Source of the DNA: Tubiluchus corallicola
Taxonomy: Eukaryota > Animalia > Priapulida
Direction: 5' to 3'
DNA length: 64,000 nucleotides
Assembly (NCBI GenBank): GCA_030141605.1
Contig: JAQGDQ010000403.1
Span: 124,001 to 188,000 of the forward strand
Part shown: piece after piece, positions 1 to 11,700 of the stretch
Position numbering within the stretch: position 1 is the stretch's first letter
Layout: every line of letters starts with the position of its first letter
Position numbers and translations under genes: made by a program
Notes under the pieces: model-generated
What the model saw: the letters and a program-made list of their open reading frames with translations, nothing else
The model's database searches: none
What the model was told of the DNA's origin: nothing

Positions 1-146
1 TATATTTAAATGGAATGTATATGATTCACTTTAAGCCTTTAAACGAATGTCACAATTTCATGTGAAAATTACAAAACGCATGTTAATATGTATGGTCAAA
101 TATAAATTATAAAGTTACTAAAATAAATGTATCAAATAGAAAAATT

Positions 147-203
147 AATAATAATAATAATAATATAATAATAGTAATAATAATAATAATAATAATAGTA
201 GTA

Positions 204-249
<46 letters not shown>

Positions 250-275
250 CAACAACAACAACAACAACAACAATA

Positions 276-330
<55 letters not shown>
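147..330. repeat. (AAT)n/(AAC)n compound microsatellite
   Basis: Directly visible. Confidence 0.97.
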
Positions 331-333
<3 letters not shown>

Positions 334-435
334 CTTATTAGAAACAACACTAAAGTCATTAAAATATAGAACATGTTAAGTTAATTATAAGAATCTCAAG
401 TCAGAACACAAATGCTTCATTTTACAAAGTTTTAC

Positions 436-2712
436 CTGGTGGTATTGCTGATAAGCACTTAGAGGGTAGATCTGAAAACTTCAGTACATCCCTAGCATTA
501 GTCAACTGCATATATAAGGCTGCAGAATCCTGATTTCCATCTGTAGGGGTGGGCGGTGTAATTCGTCCGTTTTTGCCCTCGTTACCATCATCCCTATTCA
601 GCTTCCTGTACAGGAAATTCAAAAAGTAAATGTAACTCGGGGCAGAAGCCACCAATCAAGTACTCTAAACACATAACCTTTGGCTTCTTGTGCAGAGATT
701 CAAAAGCACTCGAAAGTTTTTACGAAATTATATCATTTTGCCATAGTGTTTGTTACACTTATAAGTTGTCATAAGATGCTAGACTTGGTGACCTTTCGGT
801 CTTTCTGCCACCCTGTCTCTCTTAGCTGTCACATCATTTGTTAATGCTATGTTTACTAAGTTATTGAGACAAAATAAATTATTCTGTATTGTTGTTAGTT
901 GTATATACACTTATATATATATTATATATAACAATATATATATATATATATATATATAACAATTATATATTGTTAGTTGTATATGCCTATCTTGAATGTT
1001 AAATTTGTAACATTGCATAAAATATGTGACGTCTGTTTTCAGTAAGGATGTTGTGCCCAGCTTCTCTAAGCACGAAAACATGTCAAAACAAATAAGTACC
1101 AAATATTTTTATCCTGCAGTTAGAGATTTTCAACTAAGTCAAAATTAATAGGCTTAAAACTTTATGTATATATAAAAATTAATTTAATAGCTAATTAATT
1201 GAAAGAGGAATGTGCTGAAAAATTATGAGGCAATCAGCATTAGAACCCAGAAGCAGGGTTTCCTCTACAACATTTTCAGCTATTAAATTATCTGCTAATT
1301 GTACATTAACTGTGACTTAAACTGTAACTGCAATATGCATAACGACATTTATTTATTGGAAGGTGCTGCCCTCTACGAGCAGTGCGGGGAGGAAAGGACA
1401 GGAGGAGAACAATGATGGTCGCTTTTTTATTTACAGCAGTGTTTTCTGTCTTTACTATGTGACTGGTCATGTTCATCCTGCATGGGTTTTAGACAAAAAT
1501 AAAGTACATGCAGCTTTCCACCACCTTTCTTGCTCTTCCTGTACAATAATGTAGTAAGCGCAGAAGATTGGCATGACTATCTACAGAAACTCTCTCTACT
1601 GCATGTTCAAAGGTCTTTATAAACAGATGAAACTTTAATGGGTCTCCATCAAAATACATCATCTCCACCTTAGGCAAGCTTGCACTTTCATAAACTTCTG
1701 ACAGCACACAAACTATTAGGTTTATTAATTACCACAACTCAATTAAAAAATTATCATTTAGCTAACGCTGGCTAATTTGGTCACATTCTTCACATTACAG
1801 GTTACGTATGTCTATGCTTACATCTCACTAATGTTGCCAAAATGCCCACATAATACCTAATTAATTAAGGTATAACGCGACAATGAAAATAAAAGCCGCC
1901 CAAAAATCTTATTATGTATTTTCTTCACGCATACCTTTACAAAGTGTAGAAAATTGCAATCATTTTATTGTAAAACGTAGACAATTGTTCACGGACCATA
2001 AAATTGAACAAACAGTCAGCAATAAAGTTAGCAATATAATATTTTACAGTAGAAATTTTGCATCCTTTCTCAATTCTGTCTCTAGATCAACTGAAACTTG
2101 CATGCCTAGGAGAATAAAGCTGTAATCACATGACCAGACATACAAGTTCCTATTGGAAGGTACATTACATTCATGCATACAATGGAAAGGTCACCTATAC
2201 TCTACAGACTACTAGTTAAACCAAAATCAAAGTCTACTTGGCTTCTTAGATAGCAGAATAAAGATAAGCTGTGTTATAATGTTATAATTTTTCTCTATTT
2301 AAACTTGACTAAGAGAGTTAGAACCAGAATTAAACCATGAAATTAACAATCTAATTACTCTGATTAATGACTATCTATCAAAGCAAAAGAAAATAATATT
2401 TAGAAACAAAAATCAATCCTGACAAACGTTGTATAATTAGAGTAAAACAACGACTGTAGATGGCAGCATAGACTAATTCACTACTCAGTGTAGTAGACTG
2501 ACAATTAAATGGGTCACATAATACGACAATCGCGTATTCGGTACAATAAGCGACACAAAGTAAACACTTATTAAAAGAGCAACGCAAAGAAGAAAGAAAA
2601 GGTATAACCAACCTTGGTATGAGGGAGTGACAATCATTATCAGAAATTGTACATTAATAGTCTTTCTTTATTTGTTACTAGGAGTTTGCTTTTGCCACAG
2701 CACTAGTATTAG

Positions 2713-2761
<49 letters not shown>

Positions 2762-5700
2762 TTATTTAGAAGTGTAAATACAAATACAATATCAAGAAAC
2801 ACTGGGAAAAAATAGATATTAATAATAATGATTATATAACAGCATGCCTATAATAAATGGCAAGAATCAGAAGTAAAACTTGTTAGGTGCTGCACCATTA
2901 TAAACACGTCCAAATAATGAGAAAAAAAAGAACAAAAAAACGAAGGTTTTTAGGCAATTTAAAAAAAGAGTTGTGCAAAGTAAGGATAGAAGTGATGGAT
3001 AAAAGAATGTTCAAAAGGGTAGGAAGAATGGCTTGTGGAGATTCGGCTCATGAGATGACGAAGCACTCTGGATTCTACTCAAAAAGAACACAATGTTGTG
3101 ACTGTTGTGTCACACAGAAACAGTAGGTGGTTATCAAGACTAGTTTATATAAGAAGCAAACAGATATCGTTTAACTGACATTTTAAAGCGTTAAATGTTA
3201 TTCTTTTATAATGAGAAAAAAAGAACAAAAAAACGAAGGTTTAATATCATGACATTACGTGGCAGGGGTTAATTACATCAATAAAATCATTAATAATTAG
3301 AGTAAATTCATAAATCTTAGAAATGCTAATTAATTTCCATAAATTTATTGCAATTACGCTCTTGACAGTATAGTCAGGTGTAACTGGGTAAGTGCAGAAT
3401 AAATATTAGCACACTCATGTTGGCTGACTTTCAGGAATATGTTCAATAACTGCAATTCATAAAATAGTAGACTTTTCTCAACACGGTACACACCGTAGCA
3501 TTGATAGGCATGTTTAAAAAATATGAGCAACTTTATAATCAAGTCAAGCATTTTGCAAAAATATCACTTACAAGCTGTTTAACTCATGATGCTCTCGAAA
3601 GGGGTACAGGGTAGTATATTGCCTCTTTTTCTGTTCACTATTATTGCTAATGATTTAAGTGATTAAAGCACAACAAAACCCTCCACTTACATAAAGCTTA
3701 AAAAATTCGTCTCAAAATTTTACACCACTCGAATACTGCCTTTTTGCATACAGGGCTTGCATCGGCCGTAACGCTGTATAAAACGTGTAAATTTAAACTC
3801 CCACGATGACCGTTAGGCGCAGCCATTTTGATGGTACATCGTTTGAAACAAGTTTTGATAACATTGAGTAAAGTTTGAAAAAATAATCAGAGCATTCGTA
3901 GCATACAGGTTGCTAAGTAAAATTTTAAATTACTGTATCTTGTCAACAAGATTAAAAATACGTTTTTAGTTGGTAGGTGGCGCACCCCGGAGGGTGAGTC
4001 AGCGACATTTTACCAATTGGCACAAACATTTTAAATTATTATTTCTAGTTACATAAATCTTTCCAGCACGTAAGCAAAATACTACGTAATATAGATTTGC
4101 ACGGAAAGTTTTTTGGGACATAATTTAACATTGCCTTTTCTTCGCGTGATTTACGTTTGTGTAGTGACGTTATGTGATGGGGACTTCAGAACAGTATTGC
4201 GGGAGATTTAAAATGAAATCAAGCAAAGATTCCTTTCAATGCAAGTGCAATATATGCATAAAATTGCTGTGAAATAGTATAATTTTTTAGGGCGATTTTT
4301 CTGAAATCTACTTCAGGTACTCCTTTTCTTGTCGTTTAAGTTATCAACCTATATTGGCTAATTGTTAGTTATATGGTTACTTCTACAAAAAGCAAATCAC
4401 CTATCCTACGTGGATGACATGGTACTCACTGCACTATGTTAAGAAATTACAGAATTACTAATGCAAACAATGTACACTGTACAACCCCTCATTGCAAAGA
4501 AAACAATAAACATCTTACGCAGAGTAAATTGTTAGCTAATGCTACAAGATCCCTCCACTATAAACATGATACAACATTATCGTACAGACGTCAAACTTCT
4601 AGGATAATACAAAAAGTAACACACAATGGATGAACCCACAACCAGGTTCTAATGTCTAAGAATAAGAGTTGAATTTGAGTCCATACCTGAGTTTTTTACA
4701 TGTCTGGATCAGTGCAAGATGCCTCAGTGAGATTCCGACACTTTCCACTAGTAGAGAACCAGTATAACTAGCATCCGACGTACCATAGCACAAAGCCAAG
4801 AGTTTTAAGATGTCACTGTACAATGGAGTCGACGGTTCATGTTTTATCATGTCGAGTGCCCTGGTCAACCGATCTTTAATCATTTCCATAGAAAAATCTG
4901 CAATATGTACAAGGCCGGCTTTCTCAAAAACCAGTTGATTGCAACCTATAGCTATTAGATACCTGCCTGTGGTTAAAATTCTATATTATCCAGGCAAGTG
5001 AATTCAAGTCAAAAAAATATATATAAGTTTCATAACAGTGTTTTTCCAGGTCAAGAATTTATTTATTTTAATCAAGTTTTTCTTTCATTTATAAAAAACG
5101 AATGCAGCAAATTCCAAACTGATTTACCCTTTTTACTACAGGCAGTCACTGAAAGAGGCGTCCCTCCCGACCGAACTGTTCTCCCTTCCGGGGTCCCTAT
5201 CACATCAGTTGTGCTGCTTCTTCTCACTACCTCTACATCCTCAATGCTATCAACAGATTGTTTTTGTTTTCTGGAAATGTCAAAATAGTTGAAAATTTAT
5301 TATATACATGCAAAATTATCGGCTTCTAATTCCTGCGACTAAATCAGCTTTGTGACAATAATTGCAGATTGTTATTTTGCTCACATTACGTGATGATGGC
5401 AATCAGAGAGCCTACATACAAAACCTACAAAAAGCCCAGAAGCCATGTATTACATTATATGGATGTCGACAATAGAAAATGCATTACTACGCTTACATTT
5501 CAATGAAAATGCATACATTTCTTAGACTAATTTCACACAAAGAATGCAAGAAAATTGCACGGAATTACTGAGAGAAACCAGAGAACCTTCAGAAAAAAAT
5601 CGATTGCAATAACCTAAAAGCAGCAAGAAGTTCGTTTCACACAGAAACCGAGCCATTTTCTACATGCATCCAGCTAACTTTAGCATTCAGTGCCTTTAAA

Positions 5701-8700
5701 TCTTTTCAATAGGTTTAATCAATAGAAGACCTATTTATTTTTAGAGTAACCTTTAACCACTTCACAGTGTGAACACAGATTATAATAATATTCACAGTTT
5801 GTGAATATATAATAATTATGTGTATGTGTTATATATTCACTTTCCCAAATATAACCATCACTGCTGCTTCAATGAAACAGAAAATTATTTATATAATAAA
5901 TGATAGCATAAAAACTTCTAAGTTTTAACCGATATGTGTTAACTGTTGTTCACTATCAAAAAGAAGTAATTGAGCCACTAAATTTTAATATAAATTCCAC
6001 GAGGAATAGCATCGAAAAATGTAACATGCATTATTTCTACCAAGCAGCAAAATTCCTTATGAACAGGACTCATAGTTTCTAGCTCAAATTCGTCCGGAAA
6101 AAACGGTGAGGAAAATTCCTCGGGAGGCAACTGTCCTGTGTGAAATGCACATAGAAAGCGATGCGTTTCATTTCCATGAAGAATGCTGCAAAGAACTTTT
6201 CTCGAGGAACTTTGCCATGTATTCTCTGTGTGAAATGGGTCCTGCAGACCTTTCTATAGGTGAAATTTTCGTTTTCTATAGTAGTATCTCAAACAACCTC
6301 TAAATGTACAGATCCAAGCTCCATCAACCACATTAAATCTTTTTTTTACTAATACATTGTAATAATTGTGACAATAGTAATTATAATAACGATAATTATA
6401 ATAAATACTCAAATCACCCATTTGACAATCAAAATGTGAATACAAAAAAATTAAAGCTTTGTACTAGTCTTTCATTATTGTCACCTTTGCTACATATTAA
6501 TACTGTGCGTATGACCATAATTATATAAAGCAAATTATACAATTTCTGAAAGAAACTTAAAAAAATCTGCTAATTTTACTCTAGTTACCTGGCTCGACCA
6601 GCCTTGGTTTGCCTTCCCGAACGTTTCTTATTTTTTCTCTTAGGTGGCGTTGCGTCAGAATCACTTGCGGCTCTCAGCATTTCAATTGAAGTGTCATGTT
6701 TCAAGTTATAAAAATCCGTGTCGGATAAGTTCACGGCACTTACATCAGAAGCAAAGAAAGATTCATCGTCGTAGTCATCATCGGCACAATCTCCACGTAC
6801 GCATTCTCGATCAGGTGTTTTACAAGCAGACGATCTTGTTTTTCTTTTGGGTCGGCCATTACCCATTTTCTGGACTACATTAACTGCTGAGATGCTTGAC
6901 AATTCAGTGATGTGGCCACTATCAAGGTCATCATTTTTTGAACTTGCATTTTTGGCTGTTGATGTTCCTCTAACAATCTCAATATCTCCTAGTTTGTTTC
7001 TGGCATTCCTTCCAGTGGTGTTCTTAATTTTTCTTCTCCCTTTCATAGGCAAGACTTTTTCTTGAACTAAAGCAGAAGTCTCATTATCGCTGTCGCTCTC
7101 TGGCTCCCAAGCAGGATTAAGGTTTGTCATGTGTTTTGTTCCTCTTGCTTTTCGTGGCGCTTTCCGATTAGCAGATTCCAGAACAGCAGTAGATTGTTTG
7201 TCGGCTAATTTCAATTTCATTAGGTCTTGAGACAAGTTGGCATCAATTTCACCATTACTGAGCAAATTTTTGGTAGAACTTTCACAAAGAGGTTGTCGCC
7301 ATTTCGGCTTGGCTCTCGTCTTTTGCTTTGTTACAGGAGTTATAAAATCAGCCACTAGGGGGCTGTTTAGCCGCTCAGCTGTGCGTGCCGTGATGTAAGG
7401 ACTCAAACTAATTTCCTTATATTCTTTGTGCGTCTCTCGTTCAGCTGATAAGGATAAATGTTCAAACTCGGAGGCTATACATTCTGGGGTTGACGGAATG
7501 GCAGTTCTTTTTACTATATCTTTGCCCCAAGCAGACGCGAATATCTCAAAAACACTGATCCCTCTAAATTCTGATTCTTGTTTCAGTTCGATCAAGGATT
7601 GAAGGTAATACAGTTCAGCTTTGATAAAACAGTTAAGGCCTGTGGACAAGTTACCCGTAGATTTCAATGAGCGAAGTCCTTTTACAACATATTGCGTGGC
7701 TTTAGTCACAAGAGGAAAGTCAGAATAACAACTGCGTGCAAGCAGAGCATACATGCTAGCCACAAGCGGTGCAAGAATTGGCAAGTCACTTAAAGTTGTC
7801 TTAGAATGCAAAACATTCAAAACAGGAGAAAGTGCCACTTTCATTTTACTCCGAACTAACTGCATAATGTGTAGTCCTTGTTCAACACCAGCAGCAAGTT
7901 TCTCCTGCTCGAGAAACAGCCGCTTGTGAATAATCGTGCACCTAAAATTGAGCAAGAGCAGAACAACGTCATCACAACGATTGCAGTTACAGGATGTAGA
8001 GTGAATAGAACTACCTACAGCAGTCATCTTACGTTGTTTCAACAATGGAGAAGATAAACCCAATTTAGCTGACTTGGCAGGCGTATGGTAAAATGGTATT
8101 ACGGCCCCGTGAAGAAAATCGCCGCTGTCCTTGCGAGTGCTTTTATCTTCATTTGCATTATCCTCAAAGATTGTAAAAGGTATTCCGTGTCTTGGTCTTG
8201 GTCTAGGACTAGACAAGCCTGAATTCGTTTTCGGCGTTTCGTTTTTGCTTTTTGCACTATTATCTGCAATTTTTGAAGAATTTCGCTGAACCTTTGCATC
8301 AAGTTTCTTAGTAGTTTTAACACTGCCCAATGTCAAGAAGTCAGTGTTTTGTTTCAGTGGAACTTGCGATTCATGATTAAGATTGAATTGAATTGTCTCA
8401 AGCTGCACCTACAACAGCAAAAAAAACAAACAATTATATTGAATAAAGCAAGAGATAACACAAAGAAACAGCAGTAATTAAACAACCTGTTAAAATAACC
8501 ATTCAACTGCCACGTATCTGACGAACAATAAAATGTTAAGAAAGAATTCCTTTGGTCTAAATATAAACAGTACAAATGAATTATGGTAACGTCAGCTTAT
8601 TTTTGAAATGTGACGTCGTACGATCAATTTTAGCATTATGACATCACATCATCAGCCAGTCTAACAATATGTTTGAGTATCATCTTGTTAACATTTATCA

Positions 8701-11700
8701 CGACACATTACCAAGTAACAAAGTCTTTCAAACGCATACAAAGTTACCAACAACAAGTGAAAGCCCTAATACCAGGGTCTAGTAAGATGACAAAAAACTC
8801 AGCTAACATTTAACATTTAATATTTAACAATTATAATCAGTTAAACTCATTTAACACAGTTAATACTGCAAAAGCGTTTCTGGTAATTTAATAATAGATT
8901 AAAAACTTAATTAACTTAATTAGTAAGCTCAACTACTGATGACATCACAAACTAACATAATTTTCAATAGCAAAAATATTCCACGAGCGTGTTACACGTG
9001 TTTGTGAAAGTGAAAATTGAAGTTCAGTGCTACTGTAAGAGATTCAGTGTGTTGTACTAAAACTAGGCAAGTTTTAAGATAAAACTTCAAATTTCAAATA
9101 TACAGCTGTGCTCACGCATGAGGTGTTGAATGCGTGTAGCTCATCACAAACTAACACATCTGTTACTGAGAGGTACAGCACCTGTTTTTGTGCAACGTGT
9201 TTCCGAAATGTAGGCGCTTAGTGCCAGTCTAACTATCGAATGGCGAAATGCATGTAACAGCGAAGAACTAGTGGCGTGAACGTGAAATTGTGTTTGTGTA
9301 GTAATTCTTTCACAAAAGCCATTTTTGATAAAATAGCATGTTTTAATATTTTAAAGTGTAGATTATTTTGACACACAGTTTAAAATAAAATAAAACTTTG
9401 AAACACTTAAAATGATAATTGGTGGTACAAAATGGAAATTTGATAAAACCTCTAGAATTCCTTTATTTAAAGCAATTATACAAAAATTTTGTATTTACCT
9501 GACATGCAGCTAAGTCACCAGTTAAAAGATCTATTTCGGTAAGGCAGAGACGAAATTCTGCACACCTGTATAATTGCACACAAACAGCATCAGTAATATA
9601 TTAATAAGTTTCTAATTATATCAATAAATGCGTAATGGCATCTAATTCAATTAATTACATTGAAATGTAATTGGAGTATCATACTCATCCAAACCTTACA
9701 AGCTAAATTATCAGATATAAACTATTCCATTCTATTCAATTTAAAAATAAACATCAACAGATAAAAACAGGATTCAAATTGGTTTTTTTCATAAAATAAC
9801 AACAACAACAACAACAATAAAAACATTGTAGTGAGGTAAACGTTGGATTACATACCATTTTGAAATCCCAAATCTCTCGCTATGCGTCAAACCTTCTTTG
9901 AAATAACACTTTGCCTCACGAGCCAATCCACAATGCAGGTACGTTTTCCCAAGATGGTGACAAGTAATCATTAAATCACTAAGTACATCGTACCTGCAAA
10001 GCAAAAGCAAAAGAGAATTAGAGATTAAAATTAGTCTGGGCGAAATCACTACCAGTGTTGCCATTTTGTTGTTGTTGTTGGCATCCTTCTGTCTCGGAAG
10101 ACAATGGAGTGTGCGCCAAGATAGTCGGTTATTGATCACATTGATGGAGGTGCAGCGTCGACTGTGGCTAAGCAGTGCGATCCTTGAACGTCTCCAGGGC
10201 GCACGCCTGGGCAAGGTGTATGGTGATCCTGAGTTGCCCAGACAACAGAAACCCCCTCTCTTCCTCCCTGGTGTAGTCCAAAGGAAAGCGGAGCGATACG
10301 TTTGGCACCAGGTTGGCTGCAGGAATTGCCGGAGTCAGTGAGCATGCTGCACTGGTCCGCCTTCGGGGCTCCACTCCTGATTTGGAAGGAGCGTTACCAT
10401 TAATACCATCATTATCGGTACATACGATAATACAAGGCTTAATGCCGTACAAAAAAGAGACTATACGATAATCAGAGGTTATACTATAATTTAGTAATAT
10501 GAAAGAAAAAACTTGTGAAAAAATTTTGCACTAAAAGCACTTAGAACATTACTGCTAACCAGCGGGAAGTAGATAAACTTTAATGTAATTGTTTGCATGT
10601 TACTACAAATATGCAAGTAAAACAGAACGTTTACAAGTGTAACATGAATATTTTTCATGCAGATCACTCGCAAAACAATCAGAGATGTTTCGTGAGGCTG
10701 ACAAAGACATTCAACAACTTACTTTGTCACTATTCCGTGTAAAACTACTTCCTTCTCAAGAGAAACTCACCTCATGCTAAGGTTTCCAATTTTTTCTGAG
10801 CAGTTAATGTCATCTTCGGATGAAACAGGTCTGGAAAGATTATCACCAAGCAACAGCTTCGCTACCCCAAGAGCAAAACGGAAGCTTTCATCAGCAAGTA
10901 GAAGTGCATGCTCTGAAAACTGGCTCAAACTTGTGCTTAAAAAAAGAAAACAAATAATAGCAAATTTGCATCAAAAAATACAGACATTGATAATGTACTA
11001 TAATTATGGCAAATGAAAACATTTTATTAAGATAATTAAAAATAAATTTGAACTGTACTTTCAACTAGCAATAAATAAACACTTTAAATTTTGCTGTTCA
11101 GTGTATGTTTGCATATCAATACTGTCTTAATTATATTACTAAATTAAATATGTCAATGTCAATGTCTACAGAAATCACTGCTGAATCATCACTGATATTA
11201 AAGTTACATGTCTTGTATTTTTTGAATTAGCAAATAGCTTATCAAACGGTGAACACTTCATAGATAAATAATACATACTTTATGCAAGTTAATTTAATTA
11301 TACGAATGCTAATAAATTATTGTACTTTACTAAAAACTATTTTTGATCAGCTGAGTATATATAAATGTTGTTAAGCTTGAGCCAGCGTAAGCGTACATTT
11401 TATTACTCAGGTGCTATACTTTGGAATACTCTTCCAAATTATATGAAAGACGTATCATCTTCACATTTGGGGTGAACATTCTCTACCAGAAAGCGAATTC
11501 GAATCAAACCGAATTTGTAACTTTCGAATTCGAATCGAACCGAACTTCAGTGTTTCGAATTCGAACGGAATTCGAATTGAGATTGAACGATTTTCGAACA
11601 AGTTTTCGAACCACCAGTAAAAATTAGTCTTACAAAGATCATGCATGTCACTAGATTTTCTTCTGCAATAAAACGACTAGTAATTTGCTTAAAGTTGTGC

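Noticed and set aside
132-374. Poly-Tyr/Cys ORF, and similar poly-Val/Thr/Ile ORFs at 2627, 51168 and 51253
   Set aside because: These are translations of trinucleotide microsatellites.
4656-4686. Stop codon suggesting a separase truncated before the protease domain
   Set aside because: A donor at 4686 splices in phase to exon 436-605, so the gene continues past the window edge.
10066-10452. Overlapping GC-rich ORFs in a separase intron
   Set aside because: Explained by the short retroelement insert; no recognisable protein.
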